Shown here piece by piece: positions 47,672 to 60,705 of a stretch of DNA of 64,000 nt (its first letter is position 1; each line of letters opens with the position of its first letter). Location: positions 13,897,675 to 13,961,674 of the forward strand of contig OZ037768.1 in assembly GCA_964035545.1 (NCBI GenBank), read 5' to 3'. This stretch comes from Bugula neritina. Lineage: Eukaryota > Animalia > Bryozoa. Below the pieces are notes generated by a model. The model was not told the origin of the DNA. It saw only the letters and a program-made list of their open reading frames with translations, and made no database searches. A program made the translations under genes and the position numbers.

Positions 47672-50600
47672 TGTAATGTTATTCGTTATTATTATATCAT
47701 TTATACTTGAGTCGCTAAAACAAAAGGTTATAAAAACAGACCGGAAGCACGAGGACGTTGAAACATGCCTGAAAGTTAATTGTTAATGAATTTGGTATTT
47801 CTCTTTGTATCACTAAACATCCTTTTACTTAAATGTCCCACTTGGCTGGCCAGCCACTATAACTCCCTAGTTTAGGTCCGACATTTATTATAGAGCTACT
47901 GGAAACAGAATGACAGGTGATATATACTGAACACTAATAATACTAACATTGTATACTAATATTACATGGTACCACGGTTAATTGGACTCACTGCCCTTTC
48001 TTTGGATACTCTGGAGAGACTGTTTGTCAATTTTTATTTTTTTTATGATGGAGGGATTGAAACCTCCTGGTGAGTTATCCTTTGATGGCAATGTTGCGGA
48101 GAATTGGAGGAAATGGAAAAGGTCATTTCAAAATTATTTGCTAGCAGTAAATTTAATTGTGTTACCAAAGGCGGCGGATAGTTCTGACCCGCCCGAGAAT
48201 GTAGCCATTTCCAAAAGGCAAGTGGCTATAATGCTACATTGTGCTGGTGAAGAGGCATATGAGATCTTCAGCCAGTTTGAGTTTGCCACTGAGGAAAGTG
48301 CTGATAATTTGGAGGATGTTCTGGCCAAGTTTGAGACTCACTGCAACCCCAAGAAAAACATCCTGTATGAAACGTTTGTATTTTGGTCTTTAAGTCAATC
48401 TGATGGGGAGCCCATAGACCTTTTTGTGAAAAAGTTGAAGACCCAAGCAGCAAACTGTGAGTTTGGCCAGATGCAGGAGAGGATGCTGTTATGTCGCGTG
48501 ATAGTTGGCTTATCTGATATCAAGTTGAAAGAGAGATTGCTTCGTGATGGCAAGATTACACTTACAAATGCCATGGACGATATCAAAGCTGCAGAAACAA
48601 ACCAGACAGCAACTCTCAAAGATGGCAGAAGTTGACCAGTCAACGGCAGGTGTAGCTGCAGTTGGTGCTGAGAAGCATATTCCATCGAGAGATCAAATAA
48701 AAAATTGTAAGTTTTGCACATTCTCTCATTTAAAGGGCAAATGTCCTGCTTATGGCAAGAAGTGCCGGAGTTGTAGAGGTCTGAATCACTTTGAAAAGGC
48801 TTGCAATGAAGCTAAACACAAATCAATCAAGAACATCAATGCTAACGAAGAAAAGCAGATGGAGTCACTGTTTATTGGCATGATGGGCTCGCAAAAACCG
48901 TGCTCTAAATCATGGTATGAATCTTTAATTCTTCAAAGCAGTGTTAACCATACTACTGTGGCCTTTAAAATAGATACTGGAGCTCAAACTAATGCCGTGA
49001 CCAGTGATATCGTGAAAATGCTAAGAGCTCAAATAATGCCCAGCAATATCAAGCTAAAGGGTTACAATAATGCACTTATTGTGAACCACGGTTATGTTGA
49101 GCTAAAAGTTAGTCACGATGGAAATGAGAGCACTGAGAGATTTGAAGTTGTAGATACTGGTTTGTTTCCTATTTTAGGATTGGAAACATCTGAAGCTCTG
49201 GGAATAGTCAAACGTATCAAGGAAATCACCACATCTGATCGGCTGAGTAAATATAATGATGTATTTGAAGGTATCGACTGTTTGAGTGGAGAACATGAAA
49301 TATGTATTAACCCAGAAGTAAAACCAGTCATTCATGCCCCTAGGAGAGTACCTCTCAGCATGATGGATAAATTGAAAAGTGAACTTGACAGAATGGTAAG
49401 GTCCGGAGTTATAGCGAAGGTGGATAAACCTACCCCATGGGTTAGTAGTCTTGTATGTGTTGAGAAGAAAGACGGGCGTCTGCGTCTATGTCTTGATTCA
49501 AAGGATCTGAATAAGGCAGTCATGCGTGAGCACCATAAAATTCCAACCATGGAGGATATTGCTGTCAAATTCTCTGGCATGAAATACTTCAGTATTTTGG
49601 ATATGAAACATGGCTATTGGCATGTCCCGCTCTCAGAAAAAAGCAGCCTGTTGACCACTTTTAACACTCCTTTTGGCCGATACTGTTATCACCGTCTACC
49701 CTTTGGTTTGCACTCTTCAGCTGAAGTGTTTGAAAAGAGAGTTGAGCAGGTTTTTGATGGAATACAGGTGGCGATTTATTTTGATGATCTGATTGTGGCC
49801 GGCAGAACACAAAAGAAACATGATGACAATCTGAAAAAAAACTCTTACAGAGAGCCAGGCAGATGAATGTGAAGTTCAACAGAAACAAGATTCAACTGAA
49901 CAAGATGCAAGTAAAATATCTTGGTCATGTCGTGTCAGGTGATGGATTGAAACCTAATCCTGACAAGATAGAGGCAGTGGAAAAGATGCCAAATTCGACG
50001 GATGTTCAAGGCATACAACGAGTTCTTGGTACGCTCAACTTCTTACGAGCTTACATTCCAAACATGTCTGCTTTGACTGAGCCACTTAAGGAGGTGTTAA
50101 AAAGTGAAGATTGGTTTTGGGAAGAGTTTCAAGATAAAGCCATGGCCATGATCAAGCGATTACTCACCCGAGAGCCGGTTCTGAAGTATTTTGATGTGGA
50201 GGCTAATGTTCAGTTGCAAGTGGATGCATCACAAAGTGGTCTAGGAGCTGTGCTATTTCAGAATGGACAACCTGTAACCTATGCCTCCCGAGCACTAAGT
50301 GATGCTGAGTGCAATTGGCCTCAAATTGACAAGGAGTTGTTGGCTATAGTTTTTGGATGTGAAAGGTTCCACAGTTACGTGTATGGACGTCCTATTAGTG
50401 TTCAGACGGATCACAAACCTTTAGTAAGCATAGTGAAGAAGCCGTCGCAGCTTGCTTCGCCTTGGTTACAGCGTCTGCTGTTGAGATTGCAGAGATATCA
50501 GGTGTTCAATGTTACCCATGTCCCGGGGAGGTACCTATACATAGCTGACACTTTGTCAAGGGCATATCTGCAAAAAATAACAAGTGATCAGCAAGATTTA

Positions 50601-52348
50601 GAAGATGAAGTTGTCATGGTTCACTCACTTGAGATCTCTAGAGACTTTGAAGATAGGATGCTAAAAGCCTATCAGGGGAACACTGTGATGCAGCAGCTTT
50701 CTCAGGCCGTGTTTAGTGGGTAGAAATGGAATAACAGAAACCAAGCACCAACATCTCTACGACCCTACTGGAATGTGAGGGATGAACTTTATGAGCGTTG
50801 TGGACTACTATACTTAGGTGAAAGACTTGTCATTCCTCACCGAGAGCGTAGGTATTTCTTAAGGCTGATCCATTCTGGCCACCTTGGTATACAGAAGTGT
50901 CGTGAAAGAGAGCCAAACGATCTGTATATTGGCCTGGATTGTCCCATGACATTCAGGTAGAGGTTGCTAACTGTGTTATTTGTACTCGATTCAGCAATAA
51001 GCAACCGAAAGAGCCTTTGATCCCTCAAGACATCCCAGATCTACCATGGAATAAGGTTGCAATGGATATTTTGGAGTACCAATCCCACAACTATCTGGTT
51101 GTGGTTGATTGTTATTCACACTTTCCGGAGCTCAGGATTCTTAAGCAGAAAAAAGCTGAAGACGTTGTTATGGCGCTGAAGTCAATTTACTCTGTTCATG
51201 GAGTGCCGGTGACAATCATGGCTAATAACATGCCATTCAACAGCCAGCGCATGCGAGAATTCAGCAAAGAATGGGCCTTTGACATAGTCACTTCTAGCCC
51301 ACACTATCATCGAGCAAACGGTTTTGCTGAACATTACGTTCAGACTATAAAACAGTTCTTAAAAAATGTGATTCTTCGGGTGATGATGTTTACCGCAGTC
51401 TACTGGCGTACCGAGGGACCCCGGTAGCTGGTTGCCCCTATAGCCCCGCTGAGATGCTCTTTAATAGAAGTATAAGGAGTGGTCTTCCACTAACTACGGA
51501 AACCCTTAGGCCCAGTATCAAATCTGGACAAGAATCTTTAAGTGAGGCCAGGATGAAGCAAAAGGTCTATTATGACAGAGGCACTCGTCCTTTGCCTGAT
51601 CTTGGGTCAGGAGAGAAAGCCTATGTAAGGACTGGTGAGCAGCAAGAATGGCGTCTTTGTACCATAGTGGATCAACATACAGCACCAAGATCATACATAG
51701 TGGATAATGGCACTAGCGTTGTGAAGCGTACCGTAGTCATCTCAAACCTGTCGCACAGCCGGATGTAGAGCCGGGTATACCAGCTTCTGGACCGAGCACC
51801 ATGGAAAGTTCTGATTGTAATAATCAGTTCCCTGTCAACAAGTCTATCTCGCCGATCCTTGCTGTTCAATCCCCAAGGCCTTTACGTGTCACTCGTGGTG
51901 TATTGCCACAGAAATACAAAGACTATGAGATGAACTAAGTGGTTTATCTCCACAACAATTTGTACATACTGTAAATAGTTCTGTTGTTAATGGTCTAGTT
52001 GCACCTGTTTAATTTGTATACATATGTGTATACATCCAAATTTCACGAAAGGGAGGATGTAATGTTATTCGTTATTATTATATCATTTATACTTGAGTCG
52101 CTAAAACAAAAAGTTATAAAAACAGACCGGAAGCACGAGGACGTTGAAACATGCCTGAAAGTTAATTGTTAATGAATTTGGTATTTCTCTTTGTATCACT
52201 AAACATCCTTTTACTTAAATGTCCCACTTGGCTGGCCAGCCACTATAACTCCCTAGTTTAGGTCCGACATTTATTATAGAGCTACTGGAAACAGAATGAC
52301 AGGTAATACTGAACACTAATAATACTAACATTGTATACTAATATTACA
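47672..52348 (+). mobile_element. Full-length Mag-like Ty3/gypsy element (frameshifted)
   Basis: LTRs 47672-47966 and 52058-52348 (TGTAATG...ATTACA, few differences). 5-bp TSD CAAGT (47667-47671, 52349-52353). PPT GAAAGGGAGGA. PBS begins TGGTACCACGG (tRNA not assigned). Confidence 0.96.
48045..51940 (+). pseudogene. gag-pol: gag-pol of the element at 47672-52348
   Basis: Gag (NVAENWRKWK), double knuckle, IDTGA protease, YFDD RT, VDAS RNase H and integrase, split across ORFs starting at 47982, 48544, 49863, 50775, 50939 and 51454. Confidence 0.9.
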
Positions 52349-52567
52349 CAAGTAGGTGGGGGTATGGTGGGAAGTGGGGAAGTGGTAACCAAATTGGAGG
52401 GCCGGAGTGGTTCTGGAGAAGCTTTTATTCCACTCAGAGTGATCAAATTGATCTTCGTATATATAGTAGTAGTTAGCAGAGGTGGTGTCCTAAAAATACA
52501 GTACTTGTCAGCATACTACTGAGTAATAAGAATAAATACACTTTGTAGATGTTATCTATAGCTCTAA

Positions 52568-53822
52568 GTGTAGAGCCACAGAAAAAGTTTTACGCGAGCG
52601 TGACGTGCGTGACGTGCGAGAAATCTCATTAGAATACAACCTAGTGAACTGCCACACACAGTGCATGCGTTGCAAGTGCAAAAATTTATTAGCCAACGAT
52701 GTTAGCGTTAAACTTTACTGCTCACCTACAGACGTTTGTTTTTATGGGGCTGCCACACTACAGTCGAAACGCCATTTTGAACGCGTTTTTGAGGCTAAGC
52801 GATGATCTCTGTGTTGTCACAACTGTCTGATTTCTGAACGCAACTGTCAGTTTTTCGCGATGCGATGAAAGTTCGACATGTCGAACGCTGAACGCTGAAG
52901 TTGAGCGATCAGCCAATCACTGACTGGCCAGGTAAGCCCTGATTGGTTAAGTGCTTTTACTTATTCCACGTGCTACTAGCGAGCATTATTATTTGATTTG
53001 GTTCTTCAAAAATTATATTATTTTACTTGTAAAATAATTATGATGAAGTTATGTATGAAAGTCTCAATAAATTATAAAAATAGGTATTCATTAGATAAAT
53101 TTTGCTGAATTTTATCTACATATTTAGTTTTGCTAATTTGGTTGAATTTTATTAGCGCACTATTTAGTTCTTTAGGCTAGTGAATGAGCTTGAATAAAGC
53201 TAGGTGATCTCATTAAATAAAGCTAGCAGTTTTGAATAATTGAAGCTAGTAAATTAGAATAAAAATAACTAGTAAATCTTATTAAATTATGCTAGTAATT
53301 CTCAATAAATTGCGCTAAATTTGATTGTTGGTTACTGTGGATACTGCAGAAACTGAGTTATGGCATTTCTATTGGTTAAAAGTTTGCTGCGGGGCTAGAG
53401 ACATTTAGCTTTCATCGTTTGTAGTGAACTGTAGTGTGACCAAGAAAAAGTAGGACGTGACGTTGAGGGTATGCGCGAGCAGCTCCAAAATGGCCGCCAC
53501 AGTCGAGTTTCGACTGTAGTGTGTCATGGGCATTAAACTATGTCATCAGATTTGGATATTATAAAAGCGAAAATGCAAACTATATAAAACTGTTTTAATT
53601 CAGCTCGCTAGAAGTTAAATCGTAAATTAAAATAAAAAAATGTGCTCGCTAAATATAACATGGTAATAAGCCAATTAGATCAAACTGTGTCGCACAAGCG
53701 TGTCGCACTTCTCGCTCAGCATGTTCGACGCTTGAAAATCCGCACGCAATGTCCAATTGTTGGGCTGAATGGGATTTCTCGCACGTCACACTCGTTGTAA
53801 GACGCGTCATGTGGCCCTACAC
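52568..53822. mobile_element. PIF/Harbinger-like MITE with a second TIR element nested inside (~52744-53534)
   Basis: Outer TIR GTGTAGAGCCACA / TGTGGCCCTACAC flanked by TAA on both sides, with inverted GTGACGTGCGAGAAAT motifs. Inner TIR core CACACTACAGTCGAAAC / GTTTCGACTGTAGTGTG. Confidence 0.65.
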
Positions 53823-54218
53823 TAAGACTATTGGGGTGGCTCGTGAAGCTACCATCATAACAAAAACGGAGAAATGTTAATTCCCTTCTAAGTACAGCAC
53901 GGGAGTCACTAAGTATACTATAAAGATGGCCCGAGACAGCAATCCGCCAATAGGAATCATGAACTATAATTATTAGCTGTGACTTCCGGCGCAATAGTCA
54001 GTTAGGAATAGTCTGGCAAACTGCAAACACTGTGCTGAGTAGTTGTTGATGCATTTTGGATTGGATATCATTGTATAAAATATATTATTGTAACCTGAAC
54101 CTTACTTGCAGAGTTGATTTAGCTTACATGTTATGAAGTAACTTGATTGCACACTAACCCACAATACTGACAAAGATAACAGTGGTGGCAGCGGTGGGAT
54201 CAGCTGTGTATATCAACG

Positions 54219-55163
54219 ATGGAGACTGAGGATGCTGGAACACCCCCACAGCCAATAGAAAGTGAGCGTGGAAATAATGTTGTTCCTGTGAATCATGTAG
54301 TAGAAGAGCAAAGAGCTCCGGGTGAGCTGAATGAGGACCGGTACCGGTTAAAGGCACCCACTTTCACGGGTGAAGAGGAAGTGGAACAATTCATACAAGA
54401 GTTCAGTGACGTGATGGATGTCAGCTAATGGCCACCCAGGGTAGCCCTGCTGAAGCTTAGAATGTCGTTGATGGATTAGGCCAAGCCCTATGGGTTAGGA
54501 CCGGACATCGACGGCATCTATGCTTTTCTGCGGGCCCGTTTTGGCATCTCCGCCACAGACGCTCAGGCCTGATTACAAAGGCGACGGCGTGATCCTCACA
54601 CTCTGCTACAAGAACATGCAGCCATGGTGATGAAGCTGGCACAGATTGCACACAGCGATCTGCCTCAAGTTAACCGTGAGCGGTATACCTTTGACGCCTT
54701 TGTACAATCTGTCAATGACTTTGGACTCCATCATCAATTTCTAGCAAGGGGAGTTATCACAGTCGAAGGCGCTCTCGCAGAAGGGGAAGTCTATTTTCTG
54801 GCAAACCAGATTTATAGGAACCGCGGGCTTTCTCGCCAAGTGGAAGTAGAGTCAGCGGTCGCTTCAGCCGATCTAGAGGTGGACCCCTCCGTGACCGCTG
54901 CCGTGGGACAGTTAACCGCCGCATCGAAGGTCGCCAAACTGACCGACATGTTGGCTAAACTGGTGACAGCACTGACACACAAAATCCTAGTAGGTACCGC
55001 CTGCGAGCCTCCACGGCCACTGGCGCCACCACCAGAGGAAGCAGTCAGTTTTTGCTGGAAATGTGGAAACCAAAGACATTTCCGTAGATATTGCCCCCTT
55101 CTTGCTCCGGGGTTAAACTACCGCGGCCCGCAGATGTTCCCGCCTTCTGCGGGCCGGCGATGA
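54219..55163 (+). pseudogene. gag: gag of copy E with CCHC knuckle
   Basis: Homologous to Gag of C and D. Stops at ~54426 and ~54477. Contains CWKCGNQRHFRRYC. Confidence 0.85.
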
Positions 55164-58100
55164 ATCTTTCAGGGAAGAAGAAAAGTAGGTCACCCAGACG
55201 GGTACCGCGTGCTAACAATCAGGAGTGGCAGAAGCCACGACGAACAGGTAAGGCGCACCGCCCCCCTGTTACCTTCTCTATGCCACTCCACAATAGATTT
55301 GACGGGCTACTGACCCAAGAATTGGAGTGGAGACCAGTACAGGCGTCAGGAGACCTGTCTCCCCTCTCTCCGAGGTCACCCTACAACCGTCCCAAATGAC
55401 TACCTCCCCGACCCACAGCGAGAGAGGTGCTCCCTGCAAGAGTACGGCACAAAGAGAGAGTACGGGTGCAGTCTCATGGGAACAGCTGTTTCTTACCCGG
55501 CAAGATAGCAGTGAAGCTGTTACCTTCCTGCTCGATTCGGGCTGCACCACGAACCTCATAAGTCGCCAACTCTTCGACACCCTCAGCGCTAGGGTCCGGA
55601 GCGAGATGGAACCATATGATGGGAATATGGCACCCTGGCTGACGGGTCGTGCATTCCCTTCTATAGTATAATTGAGCTGACGGAACGCGTCCGAGATCAA
55701 GCTATCCAGGAGACGTTTATCGTCATTCAGCTCAAATATGATGCTATCCTCGGGATGCGTTTCTAAAACGGCACGGATGTCACATTGACTTCAGTAAGTC
55801 TGCAATGGTGATGTCCGGGCGAGAACTAGCCTGTGTCGACAAGTTCGGCCGACCTCTAGTGGGAGGCGTGCAGGTAGTACGGAACTGTGCAATACCAGGC
55901 CGCTCCCGGGCTACTATTCACTGCAGGGTGAACAATAGCCAGATCTCTGGACTGGGGGTGGTGGAAGGTGCGCAAGATTGAATCCAACTCGCCAGCAACC
56001 TAAATCAGCTGACTGCGCGAGGAGAGATCTTGGTGCAGTGCGTAAACTCCTTCACAGAATCGGTAAAGCTACCAGCAGGATTCATGCTAGGCTGTTCCCA
56101 TTCTGTCCAGGAAGAGGACGTGGGACCGTCGTTGGGAGATGCGAAAGAAGGCCCTTCACAGCGCCCACCCAAACGGCGGGGGAACGTTCCACCGCACATC
56201 AAGGAGTTGTATGAGACAGCCTGTGGTGGCTGTGCGAGCAACGAGGAATGCCAGGCTATGGCGGAGTTGCTACGCGACTATGGTGATGTGTTCAGCAGCG
56301 GAGATCATGACGTGGGACTGACCGGAGCTGTCAGACACGAGATATCACTGACTGCAGGGACAGTCCCTATTCGGCAACCCACGCGCAGGTTGGGGCCGGA
56401 GAAGGAGGTCAGCTGACAGGTCCGGGATCTTCTAGACGGACCGCGGCTTCATAGAGGCAGCCCATAGCGCATGGAGCTCGCCGGTTGTTTTGGTCCGGAA
56501 GAAAGACGGAAGTTGGACTACCGCAAGCTCAATAGCGTGACCATACAGGACGCCTACCCTCTACCTCGTATTGATGAATCCTTGGACGCCCTAGCCGGTA
56601 GCGAGTACTTCAGTACGTTATACTTGTTGAGCGGTTACTGGCAGGTTTCTCTGTGTCCCGACGCCCAGGAGAAGGCAGCGTTCATCACACCGGACGAACT
56701 GTGGAAGTGGAAGGTGCTGCCGTTTGGGCTGCCTCCGCCCCGGCCACTTTCCAGAGGCTGATGGAACAAATCCTCAGTGGACTTCACTAAAAAACACTGC
56801 TGATCTACCTCGATGACATCATCGTGATCTCCCCAGACTTCGAGACACACGTCAGTCGTCTGAGGGAGGTTTTCAAAAGACTCAGAGGTGCTGGTCTGAA
56901 GCTGAAACCTTTCAAATGCGCTCTGTTGCAGCCGAAGCAACGGATCCCGAGAAGGTACAGGCTATAGCAGACTGGGTCACCCCCCAGGATTTGACCAGAC
57001 TCTGGGCTTTCCTGGGTCTGGTGGGGTATTACAGACAATACATACCAGACTTTGCGGAGATAGCACAGCCGTTAAACCGGCTCACCGCAAAGGGGGTGAC
57101 GTGGCAGTAGACCCCAGTCGAACAACAGGCATTCGACCGCCTCAAGGGTTGCCTACTGATGGCACCCATCTTGGCCTACCCAGATCCCACTCTGGAGTAC
57201 ATCCTCGACACAGACGCCAGTGACCAGAATGTTGGCGCTGTGCTGTCGCAAGTGCAAGAAGGCCGGGAAGTAGTAGTAGCTTACTACAGCAAGTCTCTCT
57301 CACCCACTGAACAAAATTACTGCATTACACGCAAGGAGTTGCTGGCAGTAATCAAGTCAGTGAAGCACTTCTGACCCTATCTGTATGGCAGGAAGTTCCG
57401 ACTGCGTACGGATCATGCCTCCTTGATTTGGCTGTGCAAGTGAGCGGAACCATCCAGTCAGGTCGCCCGGTGGCTCAAACTCCTAGCCGAGTTTTCTTAC
57501 CGAAGCGAACATCGATCGCGTAAGAGGCACAGCAAAGCGGATGGCTTGAGCCAGCAGCCTGATGAAGGTTGTAAGCAGTGTCTCAACATCGAGAAGAGGG
57601 ATGGAGGTCCCACACGATCTGAGTTGGAAACACTGGCTCACCACGGAGCACAGTTTGACTGGGACCAGGGTCAACTCAAATAGACAGTTGACGAACACTC
57701 GGAGGCTGTACAAAACCTCCGCGCCAACCCTGTTCTGGCCGATAACGTCCGGGAGTTGAGGAAGCTTCAGGAAAACCTGCCCAGAGTGGTGGCAGATGTA
57801 TATCGGGCCAAAAAGAAAGGGCGACGACCCAGCGAGGAACAACTGAGGCAGGGATGCGCCAAATTCTGGCTGTTCTGCCAACGTTGGGACTCGCTGAAGA
57901 TCGGGCAGAATGGTTTATGACCATGACTCTAGCCGCCAACGGCAGACACCCTGAGAGGAAGAGGGTGGTCTGTCCCATTGCCATACGCCGTCAATTAATT
58001 TGGGACATTCACAAACAGGCTCACGCAGGAGTCCAGAGAGTGATCTCCAAACTACAACTTCGGTGGTATTGGCCCAAGATGTGGGCGTGATGTCCGACTC

Positions 58101-59631
58101 AGAGTGAAGCAGTGTGAGATCTGCCAGGCCAGTAAGTATGGTCGTCTCCCTGGTGAAGCGGGACGGCGAAGGTTATATGCTGGACAGCCGTGGCAAGTAG
58201 TAGCTGTCGATCTGGTTGGACCCAAGCCCCTGACCCCCAGAAGCAACAGCTGGATCCTAGTATTAACCGACCACTTCACTAGGTGGGCCGACGCCCTGGC
58301 AATCCCAGATGCGTCTGCTCCGACAGTGGCCAGGGTACTGGATCAACATGTATTCTTCTACTTCGGTCTCCCCGAACAGATACATTCTGACCAAGGCGCT
58401 CAGTTTTAGTCTCAACTGATGAGCGACCTCTGCCGCCTCTGGGGAGTTAACCAGAGCAGGACCACCCCCTACCACCCTCAAGGTAACGGGGTGGTGGGGC
58501 GCAATAACAGGATGCTAGGTGATGCGCTCCGGAGTCTACTCCTCGGACGTAGTCAAGAGGAATGGGATATGGTATTGCCGCAGGTAATGCGCGCACACCG
58601 CAGCACATCACACACCAGCACTGGTGAGACCCCCAAACTTCCTGATGCTTGGGAGAAAAACTCGAGTCCCTAACCACCTTACCTACCAGGTTTCCGAGCA
58701 GGATAGCTCAGTTCATGAGTATGCCAGTGAACTGGTAGAGCGGATGAGGGTCGCACACGAAATGCTGCGAGGAAAGCAGTGGCAGGTGCGGCGTGAGGAC
58801 TCCGAGGAACTACCCCTCTATCAGATAAGAGATTAGGTGCGGATGGTCAATTACTGTAGGCGTCGCAGGCAGGCGGCTAAATTACAGCCTAAGTTCGTGG
58901 GACCCTACGTGGTAGTCGAGGCTATGCCCAACCATACCTACAATATCGAGCGCTCAGGACAGGTGTCTATCCAAATTGAGGCTCGCTTGAAGCCGTATTG
59001 AGCTAGCCCAAACGCAGTGGGAGAAGCCCCCCTGTTGTTGGAGCCCAGGAGGCAGACGGCAACGCGTGGGCGGCGGCGGCATGGACTCGAGCATGAGGTG
59101 GTCATCCCGCGGGAAGAAGACTTAGTAAGAGACGAGCGGCTACTTCCACCAACAGAAGTGCGTCCGCCGCCTCCAACGCTAGGTCTGACACCATCACTTC
59201 CGGAACTCGAGCCGGATCCGGAAGTGCAAACCCCCACGGAGGGAGGAGCTCCATCCGGAGAGAATGGAGAAGGAACGGTTACTAGGGGACCAGGAGCACC
59301 GCTTGCGGAACTGGATAGTCCACCGGTGAGTGCGCCACCTCCCCAAGAACGAGGACAGCGTGCGACACAACCCCCAGCCTATTTGAAAGATTTTGTATGT
59401 GACTGCGTTCAAAGCGGCACGTATAAAAGTCTAGAGGGGAACCGTACGAGAAAACTATCGGGCAATTGTGGGAGTTGTAAGCCCCACGGAAATATCAACT
59501 TTTACATGTGCGGAACTAGAAATAAAATTCATCCGCCGGGTGTGCAAAGTCATAGTCACGCACCCCAACCACGTTGCTCGATCTTTTCTTACACTGATCC
59601 AGTCAAGAGCAGACGTGCCACTAGTCATTAG
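55112..59631 (+). pseudogene. pol: pol of copy E
   Basis: Fragmented protease (LLDSG), RT, RNase H and integrase ORFs collinear with Pol of C. Confidence 0.9.
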
Positions 59632-59656
59632 TACAAACTATTCTCAGATATTCAGT

Positions 59657-60705
59657 ATGTCATACAATACTGGATCATGGGGTGAGTTAACTATGTTCTT
59701 TTGGTATGGAAAATAGATTGCATCACCCAGCTCCGACTCGACTGAGTTAATTGAGTTGGAGATAGGCTAGTGAAATGCAGTGGTAGGAACACAGATTGAC
59801 TTAAAGATTTAACAATCTCCCACTGCAGTGTGTGTTCCCCTCTAACCATTCACTAACATACATCTCTTCCGAGTGCGTAACTGAATGAGAAGCTGTCAGG
59901 CTGTCTAATGCCGGCAACACTTCAGTGTATTCTACTAACACTGTTGAACTCTTTCAGGTTACACTCGACCCGCTACTACCAGGGTAAGGGGTCGACCACT
60001 TTCCACCTCACCCGTAGAGGAAGAAGCAAATGGCGGACTACCAGGACCACTACGTCGCCGTTGGCAATGGGTGACACCGGCGACGGAGAGGAAGATAAAG
60101 GCTGCGTGGGGACCGAAGGGGAGTACCCAATGCCAAATCTGCTACGAAGACAAGCCATCTCACCGCTCCCTAAGACTGCATGTGGATGCACACTTTCTAT
60201 TGACATTCTGCCTATGCGGGCATCACGATGTTACCCATATCCGATCATTAAACATAAAGCTGCTGGATACTTCCCTGGGGAGAACTATGTCGTAGATGCC
60301 GACATGTATCCAGAGTTCCTAGCGCTCATTCGGCCCCTAGTGAAGAAATCAATGGTACTAGCCGTCTTGACCTCGAGGTTTCATCATGTACTAAAGTATG
60401 CCCGGCAGCAGTCTTCCATGGTATCAGACAAACCCGAAATCCCATACACTCCTGAAGAACCAACCTCCACGGAGATGGCAGGAGAGTCAGAATTCCCCCA
60501 TCAGAAGGCCACGACTCCACCACCGGACCGTACCACCCGTCTAGCCACCGTAGAGGAGCGACTCCTTCTGTTACAGGCCGACTTCACGCAATTAGCCCCA
60601 GACTTGTTAAACACAACAACTGGACTATACCAGCTTAAGGGCTCGGTGGGTAGAATAAAACGGAGGCTACGTGCCCGTCAGGCTAAACATCGGCTCTCTA
60701 AATAA
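59657..60705 (+). pseudogene. Spliced zinc-finger ORF3 of copy E
   Basis: Mini-exon 59657-59681, intron 59682-59957 (GTGAGT...TACTAAC...CTTTCAG), then in frame WVTPATERKIK...CQICYEDKPSHRSLRLHVDAHFLLTFCLCG. One frameshift at ~60230 leads into the C-terminal coiled coil. Confidence 0.85.

Noticed and set aside
59908-60705. 265-aa ORF as a single real protein
   Set aside because: Only the part after ~60230 is homologous to ORF3. The fingers are in another frame because of a frameshift.
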